Below, one piece after another: positions 52,302 through 64,000 of a stretch of DNA of 64,000 bases (positions are counted from its first letter, which is position 1; every line of letters begins with the position of its first letter). Location: NCBI GenBank assembly GCA_030295235.1, contig AP026135.1, positions 868,001 to 932,000 on the forward strand, written 5' to 3'. The position numbers and the translations under genes were made by a program. The stretch is from Fistulifera solaris. Its lineage: Eukaryota. Below the pieces are notes generated by a model that ran no database searches, was not told where the DNA came from, and saw only the letters and a program-made list of their open reading frames with translations.

Positions 52302-52659
52302 AGTGTATTCGAAAATGTACTCTTGTTGTTTCTCTAAGAAGACTGGTCAGCGCGGCATTGGAAACGACTGACATTCGCCTAATTAATTTTTTTTGAAAGG
52401 ATTGAAAATGTCATAGAGTATACAATTCTGAATATTTTCGTATTGACTTAAGTCTTATCTTGCATCGTGTCGGAATGAGAAAGGGAAAAATCCCTCCATC
52501 GCTCCATCCGGTATCCGTCGTCGTCCTGCGGCCTGCCTCCAACAAACATGCGAGTAAAAAAAAAGAGCGGTCCTCGACGGCGTTTTCTCGCGATTGCTCA
52601 ACCAAAGTTGCTCCTGCTCTATCAACAAAGAGACAATTCGTATTAATTCGTATTACACC

Positions 52660-55054
52660 ATGGTCTCTCTACCCAAAATTAAATTGAGAAAACAAACGAG
52701 TGAAGGACCCATGTCCCGCAAACGATCTGGTCTCTTTCGCATCCGCAAAACAGCTAGCCCATCGGAAGAAAGGTCAACCTTACTCGACAACAACAATCAT
52801 CACGAAGACAAGGAGTCCTACATCAAACCATCTACACCCGCAACGACAAGTTCTCTCTCTCCCGATGGATTCAAACGAGTGGATCACAGTACGACTAATA
52901 CACCCCTTCCCGATGTTCAAGTAGCCAAGCGCCGTTCCGATTATAGTCGAGGCGACAACAGCACGGTCATTTCGGAATTGACCAATCCGAAAATCGGGCA
53001 GCAGCAGCAGCAGTCGCCGCCGCCACTCGAGGAACTACCGTCGATGTCGCGCGTCCGTACACAGCAATCCAGTCAGTCGCAGACTTCTACCATCCCCGAA
53101 CCGCCAATCGTCACGCCCACCACGACACCGACCAACAATATTAATGATAATGATAATAATAACAACGCAGAAGCCATCGAGACAAAAGAAGAACCCATTC
53201 CGGATGAAGATGGCTATTTGATGCGTGTCTTGCATATGTTGGAACAGTCTTGTATGGGAACGCTATGGACGCCCAGCGACCGGAAAGTCAGCTTTGCCCC
53301 CGAATGGGGCGTCCCTCCGTCCAAGGATGACGATGATTCGACGCACCCTGGCGATTCCAAACCCACGGTGCGAGCGGCGCCCACTGACGACGCGAGTCAG
53401 GCATCGAGTCGGGCCGAAGTCTTGCTCCGCAAGGCGCGGAGTGCGCGCGAAGAAAAGAAAAAAGGCCGACCAGGAAAAACGATACAAGGACATTGTCATG
53501 TCCTTGAAAGATGGTGGTCGTAGCCTTCCCAAGGTGGATGAAGCCAAAGTCCGTGTGCCGCAAATGGATGGGACGTATCAGTTTTTGCACACTTCGGATT
53601 TTGTCGGTGATGAGGAGGCGACGACGGTCAGCAAGTACAGTACTAACGAACTGTTGGGTGCGCAGCACATGCCGGAAGAAAATTCGAAAATGTTTCGTAA
53701 CAGCCGGGAATGGTTGAATATGCTGGGCATGAAAGAAACTCAGGAAGACGCGACAACGATTCAAACGGAATCGGCCGATACGGACAACCGGGTCCGTCTT
53801 GCTACGGAAACAGTCAAGCCGCAGTGGAAGGAGGTGTATGACCCGGAATCGAGACGAGTTTATTATTACCACCGTTTAACCAGGGAGACGACTTGGAAAC
53901 GTCCTCCAGAAGATCAGCTGGTGAAAAAGATTAGTAGAGTTGGAACCATCACGGAAAGAGAAATTCGAGAAATCATCGACCGGACATTGCCGCATACCTA
54001 CGACGACGCTGTCTTGAGTAAGCGTGACCGTATCGCCAAAATGCTGACGGCAATGGCCCCGCCGAACGCCATTACCGTGGAAGAATTGCTCATGGAGTTT
54101 GCTGGTCGTGAGGATGACTTGATTCACCAACTCCGGACTGTGAACGAATCGAAGCCGTTCGATGAACCAGTACAGCGTCCCGAAAACGAGAACAGCGATG
54201 AAGTGCAGGGGCCCGTCCCAATCCAAGGCCATTCCAGGTCGGCCAAGACTGTCTCGAGTGCGTATAGCCTCAGCACGAAAAGTCGCTTATCGGAAATGAC
54301 GCAGCAAGTTCGAAACACCAGGAACCGTGGCGCATTTGAAAAAATATACGAGGACGCAGGTAATCAAGGAGGGATGCCCAAAGTACCCAGCACGATTCCT
54401 GTCCCTCGTCGTCGTGATCTCAAGGTGGAAGAGTATTCCAGTGATCGTAGAAAAGCAGAGACCTTTGAAAGCCGTCGCACTGGTCCGGTGCCACGCCGAA
54501 TGCTCCACCAACAGAGGAAACGAGACGGCACGTACTCGAGTGACGACGAAGATGTGTATCTAGAGAAAGATATGGAATCTGTCGACATGAACGACTCTGC
54601 TTCGGAATATAGTACCAGTTTATACGATTCTCGACGAAAAGACTTGGAAGATGCCATTGCGAACCGTGATTGGGACTTAGCGGCGGCTCTTTCCGAAGGC
54701 ATGCGATCTATCCCGTCGAAGAGCATCCCCCGAAGAAATACACGGACAACTAATGAACAAAGCGAACTAGATCTACTTATATCCCAAAGGAAATGGGATG
54801 GAGTTTCGGACTATATTGCTCGATTGAGGGCGACAGGAAAGAGCGAGAGTGAGACCGCAACGTCCACCGGTATGCATGCTCCTTCCAAACTCTTCGAAAC
54901 ACAGTCCATGCAACAGCGTACAAGTAAACCATCAGACTTTGCTTACGGCTATCAAAGCAATAACATCCCACACTCCAATTCTGATGACGAGGGATCCTCC
55001 AATGTCCGCTCGGATAATCGATCTCGCTACGGAAAGAATCAATTTGCTTGTTAA
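52660..55054 (+). CDS. Disordered WW-domain protein (frameshift near 53465)
   Basis: WW motif PQWKEVYDPESRRVYYYHRLTRETTWKRP; two related C-terminal helices (AIANRDWD, LISQRKWD). Confidence 0.8.
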
Positions 55055-55103
55055 TAACTGTTAACTTGTAGTGTTTATGTTTACAATGGTTCATTGGTTT
55101 TGT

Positions 55104-56535
55104 TTATGAGCAAATGTTGAGGACGGATCGATCGTTATGACCGGCTGCGGCGGCCTTTTGGGGCATTGGTTGGCCCATTTCAAAAAGCGAAGGGCCCCTT
55201 GTTACAATTGCCCCACCCCCTAGACACACCAATCCACTTGGATCGTATAAGACAGCCTGTTGACCGGAAGTGATCCCCCGAAGCGGAAGATCAAAAGTTA
55301 CTTTGAATTTACCGGCATCGTCATACGCTAAAGTGCAGTCCTGAAGAGGCTGAAGATGACGTATTCGACACTTCAGGCGCAAGCTTGGACCATTAAATCC
55401 ACGTGGAGGCGGACAACCCGTAATCCAATGAACGTTATGTAAAAAGAGAGTATCGGCATAAAGAGCCGGGTGGTGCGTCCCGGCGCAAACTCCGACCCTA
55501 TGATGATGATTATGATGAAAGTCCTTCGTCGGTTCCAAAATACCGACAACAAAATACTTGGTTGGTCTGCCGGATATTTTGGCACCTTGTCCTGGTGTAA
55601 ACAACACGGGGTGGGCATTCTTGGGTGCCGTTGTGCCGACCACATTTTGTGTGTCGACATCGATGAAATCGACTGGTGCGTGCGCCCGAGGAAGATAGTG
55701 ATTTTGCAACAAAAATTGTCGAAAACTCCGTCGTCTTCCGACGAAACAAATTCCCGTGGAATCTTTTTTGTTTGCGACAGGAACCTTCCACTCCATTGCT
55801 AGTTGCCGTACTGTTGGAGCGCCTTGACTGTGATTTGATTTCTTATATAGATCACCTAGAGGGAAACAGGCATCTCGTAAAGCTTGTCCAGAGCAACCCG
55901 AAAGAAAATAAGATTGATCTTTTGAGGAATCCGCTGCTGCTAGTAAGATCGAAGCATTCGACTCCAACGAACTCTCTTTCACCCAATGCAAAAGCCCCGT
56001 CGAGTCGTTATCTAGCACAGATTGCAAAGGGAGGTGCCGCTTCGCGACTAGGATTCCACAGACGCGCATAATGCCCCGTGGCCAAGACCGTATCCTGCCC
56101 ATAACGCTTCTTCACAATCTCGAGCAACGCCCCAAACTTGATATGAGTGTTACAGGCAATATCAGGATTTCCCATTTGTTGTGCAGACAAGCCATCGAGG
56201 AAGGGTTCAAAGACACACGTCCAGTATTCGGCTTCTAAAGCGACGCGTTGAATCGGGCACTGAAAGTGTCGAGCCACTGCTTGTGCGTCTTTCCAATCCA
56301 CTTCTGTCGTACATTGCACGGTGTCATCGTCATAAAGATTCCAATTAGACATGTATATGGCCGATATTGAGTCGCGTTGTTTGGCTAGCAGAAGACCGAG
56401 TGCAACGGACGAGTCGACACCTCCCGAAAGGGCCACAACGACGCGCTCATCGTTCAAGTTGTGATAGCGTCGCTGAAAAATTGGCCTTTGACGAGGATAT
56501 CGTATAGGTTGTACAATCCGACATGAACGTATCAT
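55104..56535 (-). CDS. mnmA: tRNA-specific 2-thiouridylase MnmA/TRMU, organellar (frameshift near 56040)
   Basis: Motifs VVVALSGGVDSSV, MSNW, NPDIACN..IKFG, LATGHYA, KDQSYFL, KKDSTGICFVG and GQQAVLY. Confidence 0.95.
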
Positions 56536-56915
56536 TGTTTATTGTCACGGAAAATGTGAAATGGAGTGGAACAGAGGAGTAATAATATTACGGAGTATGT
56601 TTCTACTTTCGACACGATTTATTTCTGTGAGAGAAGTGTCTTCAAACACACAGAAAATCTGGGGGTGTGGAAGCAGGTGTGACGGTGTTTTCACGTACCC
56701 AGAAAATCTGCAAAAGATCGCTCCGTTGTCGTTTTCTGTTTTGCGTTATACTGGTACTGACGCAAGGACCACGGACCACGGACGGTAAATACGTCACGAT
56801 GAGTTCGAAGTGCGAAGTGACGACGAAGAATGTTTAATCGATCGAGCCATCAACATCTTTGTAACTATTATTTTTAGTAGGCACGGTAATAGAAAGAGAG
56901 AGAGCTGGGAATGAG

Positions 56916-59900
56916 ATGGATATGAATACATTAGCCGGCGGCAGCATGCATCGAAGTAGCGTTAAGCGGCCGCGTTGGCTCATTGGACTCCTTTTGACTC
57001 CGTATTCGTTTCTTTCGGCATTTCACTTGTCCAGTAGCTTGCCATCTTCATTAAATTTCCGAGCAGGTCACACCCATCTGTATTCTACTCCTTGGATCGA
57101 CACAGAAGACGATGAAAAGGCGATTAACCCGGTGGATAGTTCCAGACGGAGAGCTTTTGAATCCATCGCTTTGACATCGGCAGCGACACTGTTTGGGGCA
57201 TCAGAAGCTCGTGCTGGTGTTCCTGAGCTAGACAGCGCCACGGGTCAGCTGTTTTCGCCGAAATCAGAAATGTTCTCTGGAGGTAGTACGGCGGCGCGGG
57301 GGATCCCTGTCACACAGCGTGAACGGTTAAAGGCTGGTCAAGCTCTGCAATCCATTTACGAAACAAGGTTCGTCGCGTACTTGAGTCGCTTTCTTCTCAA
57401 TTTCGATCCAGCTACGCGGGCTTGGTGGCTACAGCAAGGTTTGGCGGACTCTTGGGAGCCCCTAGACAGTAAGAAAAATCCGGAGATGGTCTTGGCGGAG
57501 TTTGCCAATTCGGTCGAGGTGGGTCTGGCCGACTACTTTAGCGGCCCATTCGGATCGTACAGTTCTGTTCGAGCCGCAACGGCAGGTATCTCCGCTGCAC
57601 AATCGGCTCGATCAATGAAATCAGCTCAATCGGAAACAGATAATCTCGTGGCTCGTATTTTTAGTGGTAAACGAAAAGCTATTGTTGACAGTGCAGCAGA
57701 AAATGAAAGCATTCAGTTAGCCAAACAAGGAGTTCTCAACTTGTGTGCGTTGCTAAAGGCGCGCTACACATCCGTTGCGGCGAAACGGCAGCTCGCCATT
57801 CTATTTTCGTTTGTTTCGGACCCACGCTTGCAACCAGTCAATGAAATCTCTAGTCTCCTGGGAGAGGCTGACAATGCATCAATTATGAAGTTGGAATTGA
57901 TATTTCCTGAGCAGAGACCCGTTCGAATGAGTAGCCGAGTAGGTGGAGGTTATGCTTTGGGTGAGTTCCCCGAAATCATTGTAAGCGATCCGCCCCCACT
58001 TGGTGACCTGTACTGCGCTGCACAAGTTGTCCCTCGAATGCGTTCCACGACACGGGTTCTAAGAATCCGCGTTGCTGACGGAGGTGAAGGATATGTTACG
58101 GCGCCACAAGTAACTTTGCAACAATCACGAGGCTTATTAGATCGTCCCTGTCAGGCCGTTGCAATTCTTGATATTCAAGGAAGCGTCGATTCAATCATCG
58201 TCTTGGACCCAGGAAGCGGATATGGAGGATCGACCGGCGAAATACCACCTGAGGTAAAAATCGAAGCACCGCCAAAACGCGTGAATAAGAAGATGCAAAA
58301 AGTTCGTTCAGCGACGGCTATCGCCGATTTAGAATATGAAGTTGTAGGGTTGGAACTCATCGATGGAGGAAATGGCTATTCTGTGTCGGAACCACCAAGC
58401 ATTCAAATTGCCCCTCCAAAGCAAGATCCGGACTGGTACATTCAAGTTCAAGATACCATTGATCAGCGATATCTACCCATGGGAGACTCTGAAATAAAGC
58501 TGAAGGCCCGAGTTGCGGCCATGAAAACAGCAGCAGGCGTCTCTGTTCTTGTTTCTGACAATCCACCCCATTTCGCGACAATTGACAGCGGGTTAATACA
58601 ACTTCTCCAGCGAGAGCCTCTTGAACTCCTCCCGTCATCCTTTCGACCCCGTCTCGTAGTTGACGAGAAAACGGGACTGCGCTCCTACACAATCCCAGCC
58701 CTAAAGGGCATTCCCATGTCGTCGTCTGATTATCCTTTCTTCTATCGCGAATTTGATCCAGTCTTTGGTGGTGTCGGTCGCGTCCCTGTGACAAAGGGCG
58801 CTTCTGCTTTGAAGGTAGATGAATACGCTCGACTAGCGCTAAGTGGTGCGGTTTGCACTGTATTAGTTAGAACGGGGTTGGGACCTCTCGAACTCATCAA
58901 AACGAAGTTACAATTGTTAAATGATGATGAGCTGTTCGAGTTTGCCAGAAAACGAAAAACCAAGGACGAAAAAGTCAACGTGGAAGAACAAGCTAATAGT
59001 TTTTCGATTCTTGCCTCGAAGAATGAGTCTATCTCGTCAGCATCTTTCAGCGCAGTTGCCTTGAAAGAGAAAAACTTCTGTCGAAGTGCCGATAGTAGAA
59101 GAGTTAGAAAAAGCTCCCGCTAGTATAAAGGTGGGGGCCATGGATCTGATTAGAAGTACAATTGAACTTCGCGGATGGACGTCGCTTTTTCAAAGTGCTG
59201 ATATCACGTTCTTAGCTTCTCTGGTATTTGGGTCCTTTGGGTTTGGTGCGACTGAACTATTTAGAAGATCTTTGGCAATCGCGTTCTTGCGTAGTGGTAG
59301 CTCGGACACGGCATCAGAAATCGCTCTCCTTATAGCAGCCGCTGGCGCAACAACTGTAACAGCTGCAGCCGCGGCTCCTCTTGAAGTATTGCGCGTTCGA
59401 AGCATGGGATATGTCACGCCCAAAGGTTGGACAGATGTTCTCAAAGACTTCCTCGTAAGTATTAAGGAGTATGTCAAATATTGATTGCCAGCATACGGTG
59501 CGAGGCACTCACCGAGTTGATTGTGAAACAGGAAGATGAAGGAAAGAACAAAAATGATAATGACATATTCGAATTGAACAATCTGAAGCCGCAAGAGTTA
59601 TTACCTTTATGGTCTGGATTCGCCCCCACTGTTAGCCGCGAGCTGCCTTTCGCAGTCGTTAAATTTCTGGTCTTTGATATCCTCTCAGTTTCCATTGTTA
59701 ATCTACTTAACAGTCATTCAGAAGGCGCACTTCCAATACAAGTTGGCGTCGGCCCCGTTGGTCTTGCGGTTTCGGCTGCCGCTGGGGCAATCGCCGGCGT
59801 TGCAGGGGCTGTTGTGTCCCACCCAGCTGATTTGATTTTGACGAAAACAAACTCTGTTCGAAAGAAGAAAGGTGACGGAAAAGCGGACTGGCGAGAAGTA

Positions 59901-60149
59901 GTGAGAGACCTTACCAGTCAGGAAGGAGGCTTTGCAAACTTGTTTGTGGGTTTGGGCGCCCGTGCAACTTTCTTCTTTTTAGTGATAGGTCTGCAATTCT
60001 TCCTCTACGATTACGTAAAGAACCTTTTCCAAGTTGGACAAGACGACTTGAGTCTTGTTTTAGATGTCTTTACGCAGTGCGAGAGGGACTCGTTGAAGCT
60101 AGTGAATACAGACCACTATGAATGCACTCCTCCCAAAGCTACAGTTTAA
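56916..60149 (+). CDS. Plastid-targeted mitochondrial-carrier-family (SLC25) protein with a long N-terminal extension (frameshift near 59080; intron 59455-59531; 3' end uncertain)
   Basis: Three carrier signatures PLELIKTKLQ, PLEVLRVR and HPADLILTK; RELPFAVVKF is phosphate-carrier-like; LSAF presequence; GxGY repeats in the extension. Confidence 0.8.
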
Positions 60150-60364
60150 TGTCAAAGTGATTGGATTTGTACAAACGCTTGTGCGCCAAAGCCAGGGAAA
60201 CTTACGTAAAAGGCAAGAACAATAGTATGATACATCATGATAAGACTAAATCATGCAATTAATGATGTGTTTTATGTTCAAGAACATATGAACGACTGAT
60301 AAACAATTTTAAACGATATTCCGGTGACGGAAGTCAACGAAAAGTGATAGATAGAGAGATCGCT

Positions 60365-61579
60365 TTAGAATTCCGGTTTTCCTCCCTCTCCGTAAACTGT
60401 TGATATGTCTCCGAATGCTGAAGCATCTTCGTTTGTTGGTGCAACATCATTGTTTGCGGACTCTTCGTCATTCACTGACTCTTGATCCTTGGTGGATTCT
60501 TCGTCGTCTTGGTCTTCTTGCTGTTGTTCTTGTTCCTCGACTGCTGACTCCTCGTCCTCGTCCTCATCTTCATTCTCTTCTTCTTGTTGTTTCTTCTGAA
60601 GCATAGCGCGAGGCATGTCGCTCGGCATCGGTGTGGCAACACTGGGCGAGTATCCATCCAGTGAAAATCCGTAACTTTCCATGGAACTGACGCTCGCAGC
60701 ATCCCCCATATTGCGACGACCTTGTCCATTCATGGCGTTCGCCATACCCGACTGATAGTACAAGGACAGCGAAGTGGCAATATCATCGGTAATGACCGAG
60801 TCGGGGTAATGGTCCGCGGCATTTACGACGGCAGGGAAGTCTTGTCGAGGCGATGAGTTGGGAGTGGTTCGTACACCATCGTCATCAAAGGTGGTATCGG
60901 ATCCGGTTCGACCGGCTTTGCTATTCAGGTACGCTTGACGGTTGCGGCGATCGTATCTCCAAGCCCAGATAACAGCCAGAATCAAGAATAGAAAAGCCGC
61001 ACAAGCCACACCCACGGCAATAACAATCACCATTTCGAGATCGTCTGTACTTTCTTGACCATTGCTTCTTCCCACATCATTCGGATTGAGATAGGACTGA
61101 AGTGCCACGAGCGATGAACCCAAACCGTCTGGATCCGATTGTTGCAGTTCGGATTGCAAGGTCAACATAGCGGTTCTGTTTTGCAGCGTTCTTCGTTGTA
61201 TCTCGAGAATATCCGCGACAGGGACGGCAAGCGATTGCTCCTCGGAAAACGAAAAGGCGGCATGCCCTCCCATACGTGCCGTGTACAAGAACCCCTGAGC
61301 GAGATTGCGATCACCGCGGAGTGCCGGCGTTAGTTCTTCTACTTCCGTTTCATGCAAAGCACGTACTTGTCGATCGTATAATATCACGCGGTTGAAGATG
61401 GCGTATTCTTCTTCTGCCGTGTATCCCCATTCGACGAGCTGGTCTCGAAAGACATCACTCATCCATTCAGAGACAATGTCGGTAACTTCGAAAATAGAAA
61501 TGTCCAAGTTTACCGTTAAAGCAAACTGCACATCGAAAGGGATGAGATCGACCAAATCGACAACGGGTTGTTTTGACAT
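60365..61579 (-). CDS. Single-pass membrane protein with RXL motifs and an acidic cytosolic tail (a 5' exon may be missing)
   Basis: RAL and RNL motifs, TM VIVIAVGVACAAFLFLILAVIWAW, cytosolic SVSSMESYGFSLDG and an E/D/Q-rich tail. Confidence 0.75.
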   Translation of the reverse strand: MSKQPVVDLVDLIPFDVQFALTVNLDISIFEVTDIVSEWMSDVFRDQLVEWGYTAEEEYAIFNRVILYDRQVRALHETEVEELTPALRGDRNLAQGFLYTARMGGHAAFSFSEEQSLAVPVADILEIQRRTLQNRTAMLTLQSELQQSDPDGLGSSLVALQSYLNPNDVGRSNGQESTDDLEMVIVIAVGVACAAFLFLILAVIWAWRYDRRNRQAYLNSKAGRTGSDTTFDDDGVRTTPNSSPRQDFPAVVNAADHYPDSVITDDIATSLSLYYQSGMANAMNGQGRRNMGDAASVSSMESYGFSLDGYSPSVATPMPSDMPRAMLQKKQQEEENEDEDEDEESAVEEQEQQQEDQDDEESTKDQESVNDEESANNDVAPTNEDASAFGDISTVYGEGGKPEF

Positions 61580-62158
61580 GATTGAATTCCCTTATACGAA
61601 AGAATTTGCAACAAGTTATTCCAAATAGGCAGTCACAATAGATATGCTTGACTTGAATGAATGATTTATGAAAAGCTCCACGATTGTGAGGAAGATCGTA
61701 ATCTTGTTACGATGTTTTGCGGAGTGGGAGGCCCACCACCATCGACCTATTTTGTTGCGCGCCTCGTGCCCGAATTTGCCCCCCAAATTCAGTCCACCTG
61801 GTTCGCACGACAATTTCGTGAGACGACGACAAATGCTGTATCCGTTGCTAATTTATATACTCTTCGGGGATGAATACGATCATATCCAGTCAATCCTGTA
61901 AGGGGGATTTTTTGTCGTGTGCGTGGCTCTAAGTAAGTTTCGCGCGTGGGTCACGGAATACAGAAGAGAGTGGCGGCGAACGGTCCAATCCAAAACGCAA
62001 ACGTTCCGATTTCGTTCCCCCACGAAAATACCTTTTTTTAAACAGCTAATTTTCGAAAAGTTAAAATATAAAGCAGATATTTTATAATAATATTGACTTT
62101 TTCCAAGAAAGTGCCCACGATTGGAATCCTTACAAAGTATGTCGAACAGAGTATACAA

Positions 62159-62872
62159 TTTTTTTTTTTTTTTTTAAACGCTTATATATTTTATTCCTAA
62201 TTTTTTAATCGTCAGAATCTAATCTTGACATTCGACTGAATTTTCCACTTTTCATTCACATATATTTCAGTCTGACTGAGTAAGCTTTGGTTCTAACTCC
62301 CTAGCCTTAGTGCGCTAGTAGAGGGCCAGTCCCGAGCCCGTTTCCCAATGAGGGGGATTCCGTTTTGGCATTCCTTCTCTTGGATTTCGCAGAAGCATAC
62401 TAACTGACCTGACCAGGGAAAGACTCATGCAGCGCCCCGGATGAAGCCACAGATCTCGGAGTATGGCTTGTTCCACTTCCGCTGAAGTTTTCTTGCAAGC
62501 TGTCTCGATGCTGAAATAGCCTGTTGTCCCATCATTCCGTCAATGGAAAAGACCAGGGGAGTGAAGTCTCGTCTACGTCAAGTGGCAAGGGGGTCCGTAC
62601 ATGCTACGCTTTTCACGCTCTTGAGAAGCCAGAACCTTAATCGGGTCACGGTTTCTGTATGACGGTGCGTCGGTATCAGTAACTCGGACATCGAAAATGG
62701 TCGTTCGTCTCTCATTCCAAAAGCCATAGGCCGAAACATCTCCTCGAAGCTCTTGAACCTGTGTACTGTTGTTGCTGTTGCCAAATGTGTGAATGGTAGG
62801 CTCATCGCCGAACAGATTTGGGTCCAAAGGCTTGCGTGCAAAGAGACATGAATTCCGCTTTCAGATCGTCGT
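62159..62872 (-). mobile_element. 5'-truncated RLE-type non-LTR retrotransposon, copy 2
   Basis: T17 tail; near-identical to 10461-11158; flanked by TACAATT at 62154 and 62872 (candidate target-site duplication). Confidence 0.88.
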
Positions 62873-63314
62873 ACAATTCTTGTAAACGAATTTTGGTTCA
62901 AAATAACATTTTCTGCAAATATATTGTCTTTTCGGCAGCATAATCGTCAGTGCCGGCCGAAAATTCCACGGAATTCCACGACTACTTTTTGGAGGACAGT
63001 GCGAAAATTGGATAGACACGGAAGCTGCATGGGCACGCCTCGCTTCCTTAACTCCAAAACGAAAAACGATTACCGGATTGTGTCACAAAGGAAAACGTGA
63101 CTGACTACCAGACCTTATTCGTTCGGCTGCCGACTACTCCGTACGTTTTAATTGCTTGTTGCGTTGTTTACCAACAACACAACAATCATCTTAAGTCCTA
63201 CAAGTACTGGTAGTCCCGAACGCGATTGTTACTGTGCAACTATTCATCTTCTTCACACATGACAAAGGGGGGATACGCAGGTGGAAACAAGAAGAAGGAG
63301 ATAAACGGAAGAGT

Positions 63315-64000
63315 ATGAAGGTTGCATTGATACTGACCAATTCACTGGTTGTGTTTTCGTTAATGTACCCGTCGCATGCGTTTTCCTTTCCGCCGAAGAG
63401 CACCTCTCTACAAGTTAATCCATATCGTTACCTCGTTGTTTTACATGCCAAGGAACCAAGATTAGGAAAGAAAGAAGGAGTCTACGTACGCCCCTCCGCC
63501 GCCATCGAACGAGGATCTGGTTTCTTCGTGCCGGGTCTCGAAGGTCCCAAAGTGAGGCTGGTGTCAGGCGTCGTACTTCTTTGTGCTCTTCTCTTTATTG
63601 TCACCAATTCACCAGTAACCAATGCAGGAAATAATTTTGCGAATGGCGTAACTGCGGTCTTCGCCACCATAGTATTGCTACAGGCAGCGATCGAATTTCA
63701 AAAGGGAGCTAATTCCTCGCCAGTAGTACAATCGGGATCGGCGGCGCCGAATTTAGTCACCTGGACCAAGCAATGGCTTGTTCCATCAACAGATACAAAC
63801 TGGAGGGATCGTGTGGAATGGGCTGCTTCGTCCTTTTTGTCAATGACGTCCGCCACAAACATCCTTCTAGTGGGGCCTGGGAAAGTTGTCTTTTCGTTAG
63901 GCACCAATGAGATCGACACCAACCATCCGGAGAGTTGTTTGGCTGCTCTTAGCACGCTTTCCGAGTCGAAAAGTGGAAGAGTCGCAGTACCTATGTCACA
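63315..64000 (+). CDS. Plastid CCB2/CCB4-family (cytochrome b6f heme ci assembly) protein, runs off the window
   Basis: Open frame from ATG 63315 (not in the ORF track because it has no stop). Presequence ..SHAFSF, FFVPGLEGPKVRL, two TM helices and RVEWAASSFLSMTSATNILLV. Confidence 0.6.
   Translation, partial: MKVALILTNSLVVFSLMYPSHAFSFPPKSTSLQVNPYRYLVVLHAKEPRLGKKEGVYVRPSAAIERGSGFFVPGLEGPKVRLVSGVVLLCALLFIVTNSPVTNAGNNFANGVTAVFATIVLLQAAIEFQKGANSSPVVQSGSAAPNLVTWTKQWLVPSTDTNWRDRVEWAASSFLSMTSATNILLVGPGKVVFSLGTNEIDTNHPESCLAALSTLSESKSGRVAVPMS

Noticed and set aside
53225..53523. Programmed ribosomal frameshift at A-rich overlaps (also in other genes)
   Set aside because: Indels are pervasive and homopolymer-associated, so sequencing error is far more parsimonious.

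Overview
Gene-dense eukaryotic nuclear DNA, very probably from a diatom. Evidence: short ~75-100 nt GT-AG introns, bipartite 'ASAF/AF'-type plastid presequences, RXL-motif membrane proteins and diatom-style PPR and carrier genes. About 28 protein-coding genes can be read. They include GTP cyclohydrolase I, ARV1, a MATH + signal peptidase I fusion, a GT49 glycosyltransferase, a divergent RBBP5/Swd1-like protein, a TPR-DUSP-MYND ubiquitin protease, an ATP-grasp enzyme, a STIMATE/TMEM110-like protein, a C3H1-Smr protein, diacylglycerol kinase, DDX47/RRP3, a stand-alone lipoyl-domain protein, MnmA, a plastid-targeted carrier and a CCB2/CCB4-like protein. Many genes carry single-base frameshifts, most likely long-read assembly errors. 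Mobile and repeat content: a decayed ~5.4 kb Mutator-like (MULE) element with DDE transposase, SWIM, CCHC knuckle and a Ulp1/C48 protease; two ~0.72-0.75 kb poly(A)-tailed 3' fragments of an RLE-type (CRE-like) non-LTR retrotransposon; and a dispersed ~210-250 bp satellite-like family at three intergenic loci. The most striking feature is not visible in the ORF track: a five-exon gene (minus strand, 2383-3691) encoding a secreted ~314-aa protein built from four His/Pro/Lys-rich modules, one per exon, separated by phase-1 introns. All family assignments are from motif recognition by eye; no database searches were run.
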